A stretch of 63,679 nucleotides of DNA, the filler included, from Pelomyxa schiedti (Eukaryota; Protista; Evosea): NCBI GenBank assembly GCA_020536535.1. It is 9 parts of 9 records of this genome, joined end to end, with 100 filler letters (N's around TTAATTAATTAA, not from the genome) between each part and the next. Parts side by side here need not be neighbours in the genome. Positions count along the whole stretch, not along the records: positions 44,916 to 53,130 come from JAHLWZ010000614.1; positions 53,231 to 55,790 come from JAHLWZ010001960.1; positions 55,891 to 57,526 come from JAHLWZ010002365.1; positions 57,627 to 58,659 come from JAHLWZ010002965.1; positions 58,760 to 60,371 come from JAHLWZ010002387.1; positions 60,472 to 63,679 come from JAHLWZ010001798.1; 3 more parts are not named here. One strand, given 5' to 3'. Positions 48,801 through 62,640 of the stretch are shown in pieces (position 1 is the stretch's first letter; each line of letters starts with the position of its first letter). The notes beneath the pieces are model-generated. The model was not told where the DNA came from, did not search any database, and worked only from the letters and a program-made list of their open reading frames with translations. The position numbers were made by a program, and so were the translations under genes.

Positions 48801-51267
48801 CTTGTCGTGAGAGGGCATTGTGGATGAGAACAGTTCGTCGGTTCTTTTAGCAGTCAGTTGCCTTGAGTTGTGCTATTAAGTTATTTTTAAGAACCTGTCT
48901 CATCTCCCACAGAGCAGCTCTCTGTGCTTCAGGAGATACTGCAGAGGTGGTACTAGGACTTGAAGAGAGGCTAACATTCGGCAATGGGGCGGAGGGTGAG
49001 GAATGTCTAGGAGAGGAAGATGCAGCAGGAGACAAAACAGGATTGCATTGAGGGGATGTTTCTGATGAGTCAGGTACCTTGGAGCTCAAAATTGGCTTGG
49101 GTTTTGGTGACGGTGGTGGTGACACTGGGGGGGATGATGGCGGAGGTGGGGAGGGATGTGATTCAGTAGGTGGGAGCTCATCTAACTGAGGAACAGATAA
49201 TCGGCTAGGAGTATCCTGGGAACTGTGTTGGCCACTCATTTGCTGTGCGGAAGTTTGTGAACAAAGTAGGTGCGCCGCACGGGCAGTGCCATATTTGTCT
49301 GGGAACTGGAGTGCTGCAGTAGCAGGTGACTCACTCCAGGGTGTTTCAGAAGGTGAGCTACTTGGTGTAGCAGTGTGCCGTTTAGATTGGTTAGTTGAAG
49401 GTACAGAGTGCAACAAGTGTGCTGGCCGTGGTGGAGGAAGTGGACGCTGCGGCACTTGCGATGGTGGTGATGTACCGAGTGAGGACTGTGGTGGTGACCC
49501 AATTGTGGGTGACGGTGACGGCGATACTAATACCACAGGAGGTGAAATACATGCCATGCTACTACCAGGGCTACCTGGCGGGGATGATGGTGTGGTGGTA
49601 GAACTGATACCACTGCTGTCAGATACTGTTGTATCCTCCCTTGGAGAGAGTGCTGGTGACAGTGGAGGGGATGGTGCCGGTGATAGTGAAGGAGAGGGTG
49701 AATGTGAAGGTGGGAGAGGGGATGGTGTTAAGTTCGATTCCACTACAGCTTCAGTGGCCAGACCACTATTCCCCCTTGTTGGGGGCAATGGCGGTAGCCT
49801 CTTAGGCATTGGAACAGCGGCCGCTGCAGTTGTAGTTCCAGGCACAACACCCACATCGCCCGGTTGGGTATTTGGCCCTTCCTTAGGTTGGAACTGCTCT
49901 AAGAGTCGCTCCTCCATTTCTTTGCCCTCTTGATCTTGCTCTTGATATTCTTGTTTTCTCTCTTGTTCTTCTTGTCCTTGTTCTTGTTCTTGCTCTTCCT
50001 CTCCCCACTTGTGGTCTTGCTCCTCTTGCGTTTCTTGTTTTTGCTCTTGCTCTTGTATTTCCAGTTGTTCCTCTGGAGTTTCTTGGTTTTGTTCTTGAAG
50101 CTGTACCTGGTTCTGCTGGTGATCACCACCTTCTAGATTTTCTTCTGGTACCTCGTCTTCCACTTGCTCATTGATCTTCTCATGTTGTTGATATTCTTCC
50201 GCTTGTTCCGACGCCTCCTGCTTCTCTTGTGTCTGATCTTTGTCTTCCTCTTCCTGTTGGTGGTGGTCGTCCCATATTGCCCCGGTCCCTTCCTCTCCCT
50301 GTCCCTGTTCCTGTTCCTGTTCCTGTACTTGTTCTTGTCTTTGTTCTTTTTCTTGTTCTTTTTCCTGTTTTTGTTCCACCGTCGCTGTCTCCATCTCCCT
50401 CTGCTCGTTAACGATCCCTCCCTCCTCTGCCCTTTCCGCCGCTTCGCTGGCTTCTTCCTTTATGCGCTCCACAACTTCCGCCACTTGCGGTGCCTCCTCG
50501 TCTGGTGCGCGCACCAGGTTCGCCTCCGCGTGTACTACAGTCTGCGCAGCCGCGGTTTTAGCTTCTTCCTGCGCGCGGTGCGGCTCCGTCTTGACTGCTT
50601 CCTGCCCCTCCTCCTCCTCCTCCTCCTTATGAACCAGCGTGGGCTCGCCTTTGGCCTCGGGAGTGCCCTGTGCCTGCACCGTCGGTGCCACGGTACCATC
50701 CACTTCGCCGTGGGATTCCTCGCGCGTGCCGGTTTTGATGGTGGTCGTGGTTGTTGTTATTGTTGTGTAGTTGCCCTCGGTGCTACTGCTGGACGTGGGG
50801 GTGACAGTGGGCGTGGGGGCGACGGCGGCAGCTTGCGCAGGGGAGGTGCGCGGAGGCGGCGAGGTGGCTCGGAGGGAAGAGGGGGAGGAAGAGGGAGGGG
50901 AGGTCGAGGAAGGACTGGAGGTGGTGGTGGAGGCAGGCAGGGATGAGCGCTTGTTGGGAGGCGGGGGCCTCAGTCTGTAGGCCGGCACCCCCACTCCTTG
51001 CGTGGCCCGCATTGTTTTCCCGTTGCTGGGACTTTTTGTTGGTGTTGCGTCTGAGGGGCAGTCAACGGGTGCCGATGGAATTTGTGGAATGCGATCACAA
51101 TTTTTAAAAAATCTTTTCCCCTCTCGGATTTGATGGGTTTTTTTAGCGTGTTGGGTGGTTGGGGGCGGGAGGTGAAGGTTGGTGTTGTTCAAGAACAAGC
51201 TGTGGTTGCGGGCAGGGCTAAGGAACAAGGTGGGTGGAAGAGTAAGGGTTGTGCAACGTTGCAGCAT
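45822..51267 (-). CDS. VPS9-domain Rab GEF with very long low-complexity (E/Q- and S/P-rich) flanks; start uncertain
   Basis: Exons at 47250-47600 give REKVHCL, GADDFLPLFSFVLV and KYIEHYL..DEQG (VPS9 signature), between the long ORFs 45902-47122 and 48847-51267. Confidence 0.8.
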
Positions 51268-53230
51268 GGCCGCCGTAATACTCGGCCGCAGAGGTATTGG
51301 TGGGTGAAGGATTGAACGCTAAAGGTGGGGGCAGCTTGCTGCCGTGGGAAACTGTTCAAAAGGGGTTCAGTTTCGCTACGGGGTTCCTGAGCATCAGACT
51401 GGGATTTACTAGATGATTTGCACTAGGAATCAGGGGATTCAGGCATTGCTGTTGCAGCGACCTGCCCCCGACGGTTGGCACTAGTGACCGACGAGGCGGG
51501 GTTGGTGGGAGAACGCGACTGCGCAGCCAGCGCGGCCCTCTTTATGGCACCCAGATGCGCTAGCTCGGCAGGGGTACTCTAGATGCCATCAAGGTCGAAG
51601 AAGACCATGCATAACTGCGGCTGCCTTTCTTATTGGAGCTGGTTATATTACCCCTCTCTTGTGGCGCCTTCTATTACCTACTACCACCTGTTATCGCTGG
51701 GTAGGCCCCCATTCTATATTAAATGCATTAAAACCTGTCCTATGAAGGTACTACTTATGCCTACTTGACTTTCAATGGGTGGTGATGTTCTTGTTCAAAT
51801 GACCTCTCTTTGCACAGCTATTGGTCTTGAAAGGGATGACTTGATTCGTTCAAGTAGCTTTCTTTGGCAATCAACTTTCTAAGCTTTTAACAGGTGCAAA
51901 TGAAGCAACTGCCTTGCCTTCAGCGATGAAATGCCGTCTTCCCAACAGCCCTAGCACCCATATGGTAGCACTTAGTTTTATTGTTAGAGGTTTATTGACT
52001 GTGAAACGAAGAAAGAAGGCAGCCCAGCTCGCAATGCCACATTTCTTATAGACACACCAGATTTTGATCGCAGTAAGGCTTCTAACAACTCTTGCAACAC
52101 TCCAACCTCAGTTTAGACTCGAGAGAAGATATTCTCATTAGACTTCAAAGCTCAATATACAGAGTCGCATCACGCACAGGCATATATTTTTTGAAAATTC
52201 CACCAGACTCAAAACACAGACCACTTACGAAAAACCCGTAAATCGAAAAATTGAATTCAACGAGTATGAGCCATCCCAATACAGACCCTAACCAACCTCA
52301 CCAACTGCAGGCCTGAATACTCACCCCCAAAGAGCCAGGTCCAACCTAAACAGCAAGAACAACAAGCCTTAGTCCCCACCAACACCCAGAAAATTCCAGT
52401 CACCAAGCCAACAGCAATCACCGCACCACAGCCCACAATCCACCAACAATAACAACAGCGGCAACCACAACGCCAAGCGACAACACAATTACCCCCACAA
52501 CGAGCACGAACCGTTGTGCAACACCAACCCAGACTACCACCATCACAATCACAACAACACGGAACCACATGCACCGCACACACAGAGCCATCACACCCAT
52601 ACAACAACCACAAAGCCTATCCACAAAGACACTTAACAGGCCTTCCCATGTGCAGACCCCCTTTGTAATGGTCTATGTAACTTGACTTGTTCCTTGTTTG
52701 TGCCGAGATTGTCTTCACCAATGCCAACTTTGCACCACGGTTTTTTTGGACCAACCATGTTGTTCACCAGTACCCAACAAATCGATTTGATTGTTGGTGG
52801 GAGAACAAGTCCTGTCTTCAACAAAAAGAAAAGATTTGTCTACAAACATGTGGTGGAGGCTTTCTTCGGCTTTGAGTTTTGTGACTTGGCTTTGGGTGCA
52901 GCTGTTGCATGTGGGTGGCTGTCTGGATGCCAGTCAGTGGGAAGAGAAGCCAAACTCCACCCCAAGGCCCAAATGCCCACACCAACGAGTCGGCAACCGG
53001 GGAGTACCGGGGGTGCGGGCAAGGAACCGATTGGGCCTTCGGTTCCGAGCCCACAACCCCGGGTCCCCACTGGCCGACCCGCCAGAGTGGGCTTGGGGTG
53101 GAGAGTGACGAGGGCACACATGATGAAACANNNNNNNNNNNNNNNNNNNNNNNNNNNNNNNNNNNNNNNNNNNNTTAATTAATTAANNNNNNNNNNNNNN
53201 NNNNNNNNNNNNNNNNNNNNNNNNNNNNNN

Positions 53231-55281
53231 AGTCGAGAATGAACTGATGCTGATTTTCAGTCAAGTCCGTTTCGAGCTTGACTGTTGTGAAATTTCGGGT
53301 CATGAGAAGCATTTGTGTCAACTTGAGGGTGTCAACGTCCTCGGCATCAATTCCTCTTCCCGGATTGTCCACCAACCTTGCAATGAGTGTGGTCACCTTC
53401 ATGAAATAAGTTCATGTGTTGGAGGTTCAATGAAAGGAACTTTATCAAGCCCAGATGTGAGAGCGGTGACTGTCACTTCGTCTGCTGTCGTTGTGAGTTG
53501 ACTGATTTTGTGTTCGGCTTCTTCAAGCTTCAGGTGCAGATCCGCCACCTATAACCATGTGCGGTAAGATGATAACAATTTAATTTAATTTTGTGGTGGA
53601 CTGCCTTGTTCGAAAGATGGGAGTACTGTTTCTTGACGGCCATGTATATCGCAGTCGAAATTGAAACGATGAGCACAACGCAGCCCATCACTGAAGACAG
53701 GACAATGACTTTGACCAGTGCTGTCTCTTGTGCACTCAGGGCATCATCCTTGTTCATCACAGCAATCACAACCCAATTGGCAGTTTCAATCTGATTCCAC
53801 GAGATGATGGTCTCCCTTTTGTTTAAAGAGACTGTGCTGGTTCCACACGCAAGAGTTGTACTGTTCGAGGAGGAAATAGATTCATTCACCGGAATGCCCA
53901 CTTGGGCAAACACTGGATTCTAGAGAGAAAGAAGATTAGCAACAAGTTCAATAAAATAAGGTGCCTTCTACATTAAAGATATTCCAAAACCCCGGGTCAA
54001 AGGAATCTTTGTCCATTTCCTCAGTGAAATTGAAGTCAACAATCCCGAGTGACCAATCTTTCCAACCCTTTTCCGGGATTGCCAGAATGGAACCAGTACT
54101 TGACACAATCAAGGAGTAACCCTTGTAGGGCATCAGAGTGCTCACCAATTCGACGTAGTCAATGATGTAACTTTTCGCAAAAGAATTGAGAAAAAAACAG
54201 AAGTGGAACAGGAAGTGACCTTGGGTCCACCTGAAGAACAGCAACTCCATAAGCACTGCCTGACCGAAGAAGTGGGATGTAAAGCCGTGTCTTCCATCCA
54301 TTATACCGAGGATCTTTGAGAGGTGGTGTCCACTTTGGTGCTCGGATGCCAATATAGGATTGTATTTCAGTGAAAACCTCAACTTTATCTGCGGTGATCA
54401 AGCTCACATTCCACCATGGAGTCATTCTCACAACTTGTTCTAGAGTGACACTGCCAACAGCATTGATGCTGTACTTGCTCATAAAAGAGAGTGCCAAGTC
54501 GTTTGGATAAGTGGTTTGTCCCAACATAAGATTCCTCAAATTCAACATCAACTCTGAATATCCAGGGTCTCCAGGGTAGAGGCGGTCAGATGTATAAGCT
54601 GTCAGCCCCAGGCCGCACTCAGAAGAGTTTGTGTAATAAATTGATCTCACTCCGAAGAATAGCCCCCAAGAGAAGCAACTTTCAGGCAGGAGTTCACTCA
54701 CATTATCCCAGCGGGCCTGAAAAGGTTGTTTGAGTTATTTGTGGAATACCCATCCCCGAACCTGGATTACAGCATCGCCATACATTTCCAGCATGGTCTG
54801 GTACTCTTTCAGCTTTGTACCGATTTGATAGGCTGCATCCTTTGCGGTGGACTGTAGTGTGGCACTTGTCCTCTCCACTGTCAGCGCAAAGGAGTTAGCA
54901 ATCACAGAATGAAAAGATAACAACACATTGAACGCCAAGACAAAGAATAATATGCATATGAACTATATCACGCAAATACACTAAAGAAGCATACAAACAA
55001 ACCAACATACCAAGGGAATCGTACATGCTCTTTGTGTAGATAGGCACAACGCACACTGTGCCAATAATGACACAAGCACAACAAACCGACACACCAATAG
55101 CAACCACCTCATACCATGCAACACCCCTCTTGTTGTTGTTATTGTTGTTGTTGCTTGAGTTGTTGTTAAATTCCCTATGTGAATGTGGTTGTTGTTCATC
55201 AAGTTGAATTTGAATTTGGCTGGTGTTGTTGCTGGCGTTTTCGCCCGCCCCATAATCGGCATCGACCTCTGTTTGCGCCAT
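53231..55281 (-). CDS. Two-TM dCache-type extracellular sensor protein (3' truncated)
   Basis: TM1 VVAIGVSVCCACVIIGTVCVV; WTPPLKDP; GYSLIVSSTGSILAIP; IETANWVVIAVM; TM2 VIVLSSVMGCVVLIVSISTAIYM; cytoplasmic part cut by a gap. Confidence 0.7.
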
Positions 55282-58200
55282 CGGACTTGTACGCCACCGC
55301 CAACGTCTTGTTGGGTGTAAGGAACGGAAAAAGGGGTTTTGCTTTGTTTGTTCTTTGTTTAGCCGAAGTGTGCTTTGTGATTTCAACGTTATCAAAAAGA
55401 ATTCCTGTGTATTGCTTGCCTTCTTCGCTTGACATTTTCTTTTTTTGGGCAAAACCCGGGTCAAAGATCAAGGGCTGGCGCAAACAAAGCGAGGGAGGCG
55501 ATGAGGACGGCGGCGAGAGTTATGGGACTGAGCGGTGGAAGTAGTTTGGGGGTGGCGGATACACACGTGGGGCTTTCCGCAAACCCAATTGTGGGATTGT
55601 GGGTGTCCCGGCCGCACAAGAAGAAGTCCTGCTTGATGGAGGATATTGGAAGGCCAGAGTATGTGAGTACACTGTAGTCATTGGGAATGAAGCATTCCGG
55701 TGATGCCGGTGGTGATATGCTTTGGAATGATTCCGGCGTGCAGAGTGCGGAGAATATCGCGGTGGCATTGCAGGAGGATTTCGGGATGGCNNNNNNNNNN
55801 NNNNNNNNNNNNNNNNNNNNNNNNNNNNNNNNNNTTAATTAATTAANNNNNNNNNNNNNNNNNNNNNNNNNNNNNNNNNNNNNNNNNNNNCATCACTTAC
55901 CAAGTTCGGAAATCAAGTTCACAGAAAGATCATCGAGATACCCAAGACCTTTCCCTTGACTTTGGAATCCTTTATAAACGCACACCAAGTCACCTCATTT
56001 CTATACAAAAATACCAAGAATCCCAATACAAATATACAAAAACACAAATACAAAATCCCACACAAATAACCTACACCCAAATGTATCCATCCATTCCAAG
56101 ATGAATAAAATACTTTGTGCCTCCTTATTCTCTTTTGGTGCAGTTTCCTTCCCTTCCTACTGAAGGAAACATATGGTGGAGGATGTGTGTTTTGATCCTC
56201 ACAAGCACTTCAACATCCTGGAATCCCATCATCAAGATCGACATCAATCACAGTGATGCGGCACATGGCTCGCTGTTGATAGTCATCTGACTCACGCTGT
56301 TGACATGTTCTACATCATCTTGACACTGTTTCTCTTCGTTCATTGACGAATCGACATCATCGGCGATTATCTTCGCATCGGCACATTGCTATCGCACAAC
56401 GCTGTTTCTCTTGGCATGCTACGTTCGAGTACTTCAACATCCATGCGGTGACATCGCATTCTGTTGCTTCGTTGCGTTGCTCTGTTGCTCTTTTCATTAG
56501 CATCGTTTTGCAAGCATTTTTGCATTGCACCTTCGTTATGCTTCATCGTCGTCATTATCTGTTCTATCTACTGTGGTGCTACTCTTGCACTACACACTCG
56601 TGCACATCTACTTCGACGTTCTCATGGTTGTACACTCGCGTTATTACTGCTCTTTCAGCAACATCGTTTTCCTGTTGTTTTCTTGCTCATTCTGTTCATT
56701 GGTCGTTCGCACCAACGGGAGATGCTCAAGCGTTTTGGCAACGACTCTGTCTGCACTACATTGCATCTGTACATGCACTACAACAAGCTGTTGTTCTCTG
56801 TGACACTCTGTTATGCCGATTTTCCCTTTAAGGCATAATACAACCCCAAACCACATTATTTTATTATGGCGTTCTTGTATGGTGGTTTTGGAGGTATCCT
56901 GGCGAAAGGAGAGTGTATCTGGCAAGGTGGCATAGTAGCAAGGAGAGTTCCAGCATGGTGGAATCGCGATTATGATGTTGTGGAATGGCGCATCAGCCTG
57001 CACTGAAGCGGATATTTCCGGCACTGAAGCAATCATTTTCGGCACTACCAGCATGCACTCTGCAATGAGATTAGCGCGGAAATCATGAGGATCATACCTA
57101 CAATACCCAGCAAGCGTTCTATTCAGCGCGGGAATGCTAGAAACTCATATTTGAAGTCGCTGTATCAATTCCAAAGCTATGTAACATGAGACTCTCATTT
57201 TCACTTCAATTTACAATTAGTCTATTCATTTCGTTTACATTTATTGATTTTTTGGCTTTCAATTGCGTTTTAAAAGCTATTTAGTGCAATTTTGTTCATG
57301 AAATTTCACTCTACGAAATAGATATTTTGGATTGAGTGAGGAACACTCACCTGGAATTCTATTTGCGCTCTGTGCATACCCATGACTTGGGAATTTTCGT
57401 TTAACTATGGGTGGATCATGGGAACACAGAAGCGATGGTGTATCCCTGTGACGGACCTCAGCATTGCATATTGCTGTCCCATCACACCTGGAAAATCGTT
57501 TTTGACCTCCTGGATGTTATTTTGCCNNNNNNNNNNNNNNNNNNNNNNNNNNNNNNNNNNNNNNNNNNNNTTAATTAATTAANNNNNNNNNNNNNNNNNN
57601 NNNNNNNNNNNNNNNNNNNNNNNNNNGCGTTGTTGTTGTTGTACAACCTACTGTGAAATAATTAGTAGAGTGGAATAAAAACGAGAACACACCTCACCAA
57701 GGACTGTGGGACAACCCACAGCTCGCCTTGCGATCCACATACCTGCATCATTCATTAGAAGGGGAAAGGAGGGAAAAATAACTGTACCTTGAAGTAGCTA
57801 CTACTTGTGGGGAAAAAAAATGCAGAGCAATCCACAGCATGCACTTAACAGGCTGGCAAGTTCCCTGGCAGATCTAAGGTTAATTACAGCTGATAAGGTA
57901 GTGGTTGAGAACATACTTTGCCCCAATTCGGTGGTATTCCAGTGCCATGGGCTGAGTTGCCAGATCGTAAGAGATTGCTGTGGTTCGCACTCAGCCAGTG
58001 AACTGGTGTTGTTTTCTGTGGTGCGCATTAAGTTGGGGGTTACAAAAAGGAGGGAGAGGGAAAGGCACCAATGGCCTGTGTTGTCCTGGAAAGAAAAAAA
58101 AAAACCCAAAGTGCTGCGAGAGTGACATAGCGCCAGTATGTTGTTGCTCTGCCATTTCATCGTTTTATGCAGGTTACGATGGTGCTATGGTTGGCGCTGT

Positions 58201-59267
58201 TGATGTGACACAGTGCGGGGCCGTCGGCGTCGGCAGTGGGAGCGTGGTGGAGAATAAGTTGCGGCGATTTAAGGAGGAGGTGCATGGTGTGACAGCGACA
58301 ACGCAGATGGACATGGGGGTAGGGATCCGGACTGAGACTTTGATGCCCAGTCTAGCTGTTGCAAGGACTGAGGAACAAAAAAAAAAGACGTGGATGAAGC
58401 TGTTGAAGTCCGCAACACCGAGGGTAGAGACTACACTGATCGTTGGGGCAAAGTATGGATGTTTGAAAGGGTGGTGGCTCTTTGCCAAGGCAACATGTGT
58501 CGGGTGTTGTTTTGGAGTGAATTTATCTAATGCGGACCGAGAGGGGGTTGCTTGCTTTTCGACCACAAAGGTAGGATGTTCCCATTTACGTTTTGTTCCT
58601 TCTCACCACTGTCAGCCAATTCCCCACTTCCTTTTTTTTAATTTCGTACCAACTGGTGTNNNNNNNNNNNNNNNNNNNNNNNNNNNNNNNNNNNNNNNNN
58701 NNNTTAATTAATTAANNNNNNNNNNNNNNNNNNNNNNNNNNNNNNNNNNNNNNNNNNNNGTGATTCCAGATCACACCCAGAGTGGGTTCCAAGCTGTTCC
58801 CAAAGGGTGGTCTCAAAATGTGAAAAAACACTACCCAAGTGGAGAAAGTGGAGGTAAAATCACAACGGGCTTGATTTGGGAGCTCCCAATGTGGACACAC
58901 AGTGGTCCCCAGGTGGTCCCTGTTCCAGCCCCTCACCCCCAGTACTTTCATAAAGAAACTTTTTTTTTCTTTTGCCTGAAGTTGAAAACCAACACATCAT
59001 GGAGAGGTGTATGTTGGGAATGTGGAGTGAAGTGGTGGGAAGAGGTGAAAGTGGAGAGACAGAACCCCCCAGACCTTGTTTTTCTCACTGTGGGGCAATA
59101 GTGAATGTGTGGGGTGTTGTGTCTCCACAATATCTCGCCCACGTATTTGGCACTTTTCGGCTTGTGTCGTTACGGTTATCGGACGAATTTTTCGGACCGT
59201 TAACGCTAGTCGGACCTCTCGGAGCGGGATGTTTTCCACGAACTTGTGATCGGTTTCTCAGCATTGT

Positions 59268-60226
59268 GGGATCAAAAACTTGTGTGATTAGCAGCGGTGG
59301 TACTTTTTTTTTGTTGCGGCGGGAACAAAACATCGTAGCCCTGGCCTGTTCTTGTTGTTTTTGGTCTCTTCTTTGTGCGTCAGGTGTCGTTGTTTATGTT
59401 GATAAATATTTATCGGGTTTTTGAGCAAAGCAAACCCACATGTCTTTGCTGTCGCTGTGGGCTGTGTGGTCAACAAAACCACTTTATGCCAGCGGTGTTG
59501 TGTTGTTGGACTCGCGGGGCACACGCTGGACAACAACTGAGCCATTCCAAAAAAAAAAAAAAACGGTCCCGCCAGGGCTTAACCAACCACTGGTTCGGTT
59601 GCGCCTTATCAGGCCCAATTTCGGGCGTATCACACCTGATTTTCCTCTTTTTATCTAACTAGTGGTTCGGTAAAGAGGAAAAACATCAAAAAAGTGATGA
59701 TTTCCATGGATATCGAACCACTGGTTAGTTAGGTACATCGATTTTTCGTGTTTTTCTCGATATTTTCACTCGTATCTGGTCACTGGCTAGATAGATCGGG
59801 AAAAACCTTCGGGGAATTTGATGATTAAACGCAGCCTGCGCTGCAACAACTCAAGACCGCACATAGAATCGCAATATGCTTTCCATGCTACCCCTTCTTG
59901 TCCGCGCAGCACATATCAAAGGGCTCTCTTGGCGGCACCAACATAACACCGTCTCAACGCACGACAACGTTTAAGGCCATGGTAATTTGTTCAGAGATCA
60001 CAACAACAGCCAAATTGACCACATTGGCACCCAAAAAAAAAAAAACCGAAAAAAAACAAAAAACCAAAAAACAAACAATACATTCAACGGTCTCGTGCAG
60101 TATGAACATAATGAGGCCAAAAACGACGTGACTACGTCAACGTGAGGCTAAACAGCAACAGCCCCGCTGCTAATCACACAAGTTTTTGATCCCGCCGTTG
60201 CGTGTCGCAACAAAAAAAAGTACCAC
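59268..60226. repeat. Pair of inverted repeat modules about 870 bp apart
   Basis: 59268-59297 is the exact reverse complement of 60164-60193; 59297-59318 matches the reverse complement of 60206-60226. Confidence 0.85.
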
Positions 60227-60471
60227 TTGATTCCAGACAGCTGGGGTAATTTTAATGCTTTGGTACCATACTAAAATCAAAATTAGTTGTTTTGGTAGTA
60301 TCCGTTTCTTTTACCAGAAGATGTTGCTTGAGTTTCAGATGATGTGGTAGTGGATGAACTTTGTTCATTTGNNNNNNNNNNNNNNNNNNNNNNNNNNNNN
60401 NNNNNNNNNNNNNNNTTAATTAATTAANNNNNNNNNNNNNNNNNNNNNNNNNNNNNNNNNNNNNNNNNNNN

Positions 60472-62469
60472 TTGGCCGATACTCTCCTGGTACTTTATCT
60501 TGATTCTTTTCGGCTTAGATTGAAGCTACCAGCTTGGATATACACGAGTGGTCAGTTGAGTGTCAGGAAAATAACATGTCCCCTTCTGCATCTGCCTCTT
60601 TTATGGCTAAGGCGTCAGAAGCAATTCAACTTTTGAATGCCATTACCGCGCTGGTGCCCTCTAATCTACGGGTTTCTCTATTATTACTTCATCCCAACTT
60701 CGTGCTCACTTGAAACAGCAAGGTCTGGGGGATATGTACTTGAATCAGATAAAACTACCTACCGCATACCTCCCGCCATCACATCACCACCAGCCTACTC
60801 AACCTGCGGATCCTCCGCGCATACCTTCACACACCCAGCACTACCGCTCCACCAAATCCGAGAACGAGCCTCTTTCTCAAGAACAGACAAACCAATTAAT
60901 GGAAATGCTTACGGCCCGCCGGCCCCAAACCGCGATGCCTGCACCTCCCGTAATCACTAATCCACCTTCAGCTCCACATCCACCAGCACACCCTCAGAAG
61001 CGCAGAACTAGATCAAATGCTTCTCGTAACCAACCAGTACACCCTAACCCTCATCTCTTGACTCCTCCTACAATAAGTTGTGACCGCTTGGTACCTGTTC
61101 CGCATGTGAAGCGTACTGAAGATTCTCCTTCATCAGGCAGGACATTGAATCCAACAGACAACACCTCAGCAAGCAGAACTCCCAGTTTTAACGCAGACGA
61201 CCGGGTAAGCAGGTCTGCTAGCTTCAATTCCGATGGAGCGCCATCATGCAATGCAAGCCGCTCTACCAGCTTCTGCAGCGATGGTTCTTTGAGTAGGACC
61301 GGCAGTTTTCTCAGTGACACCGGAATAAGCCCTAGTTCTAGCTTCTCTATGGAGAGTGTCAGCAGATGTCCCAGTTTCGCCAGTATGGACAGCAGTCAAC
61401 CCGTGATAAGAAGTGCCAGTTTCACTGTAGGAGAAAGTGGGAAAAGTTCTGATTCCGTAAAGAGAGTCATGAGTTTCAGTGCAGAATCTGTTAAAGATAT
61501 AAAGGATACCAGTGCAACTTCCGCACCACTCAGTGCTCCTACACTAAGGCACTCTACTCAAGGCCCAGCTACCTTCAACCCTCCACCAATACCGGCAATA
61601 TCAATAACACACCACGGAGACCCAGAGAATATCTTGCCGGCAATTATGAGAACCCGGAATACAACACAGAGGCCCCAGAGTCAGGAAAATGACGATTGTG
61701 AAGTGAGTGCTGGAAGTGGAAGTGGCACTTCCTCCGACTCAGGGGAACCTGATAAAAAACCCCGAGTTCCCTCTGTGTCAGCCAACGCGAAAATGAAGCG
61801 GGTACAGCCCATTCGCATCACTCCCCATCCAGATTCCTAATTTTGAATTTAGCACCAACGAGCCCTGGGTCCATACCAGAGAATTGTTTCTATTCCACCA
61901 CCAAATTCAATGCCACCTGTTACCTGTGAACCACCGGACAAGCTACACTCGTGAGTTCACCATCCGACCCCACATTTTCTTTAATTCTAACATCCGGTCA
62001 TAGACTGGTGGATTTTTGCGAACTGAAAGGCAGTCAACAGCACTCGAAAGTAAAACAAGAAAACAGCGGCGGCGGAGTTACCGTTTCACCCCGGCAACAG
62101 AAGCTGGCTCCAATCCACGTTTCTATTCCCAGTCCCTCTCAGTCCTCATCCTCAGCATCACCATCACAATCACCCCCAACAAACCAACAAGGATTCACAC
62201 AACAACAACCACGACAACAAGCAATGCCAGTTCTTCCCTCAATATTCCCACATCCACCGACATCCTCTCCTGCTCCCATAACTGTAAACACGCAACCGGC
62301 ACCCTCACAGCCGCAACCGCAACTGCAATTGCAATTGCCTCAGCCACAGCAATTGCAACAACAAAACCCACCACAAACACAACCCCAGGCTGCAGAAGGC
62401 ACAACCCCTACAAATATTTCACCAAATACTCTGAAAAGGCTTTTCTCCATTGACAGTCTAATATCTTAG
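60472..62469 (+). CDS. 5'-truncated low-complexity protein with RxxSF repeats and a terminal FSIDSL motif
   Basis: ORFs 60710-61840 and 61951-62469 plus an upstream exon; can be joined by short introns. Confidence 0.65.
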
Positions 62470-62640
62470 TGCCACTTCAACGAGCCACTGTTCTTGTTGT
62501 TGTATTATGGTAGCATTATTTTGGTACTAAAAGCCACACTGGCTTCAGAAAATAAAAAAAAAAATCATCACTTTTTTTTTATCATTTTAACAAGCTTAGA
62601 ACCGAGTCAAGGGTTGGCTTTGTGGATTGTGGTATTAGTT

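Noticed and set aside
51600-53130. Possible gene remnants with a Q/P-rich tract
   Set aside because: Interrupted by stops, and no recognisable domain.
55891-58658. Short ORFs on two small scaffolds as transposon or genes
   Set aside because: No transposase, RT or other motif that I can recognise; left unannotated.
25961-60427. Recurrent TTAATTAATTAA palindrome as a biological motif
   Set aside because: Always embedded in N runs; it is a six-frame stop linker joining scaffolds.
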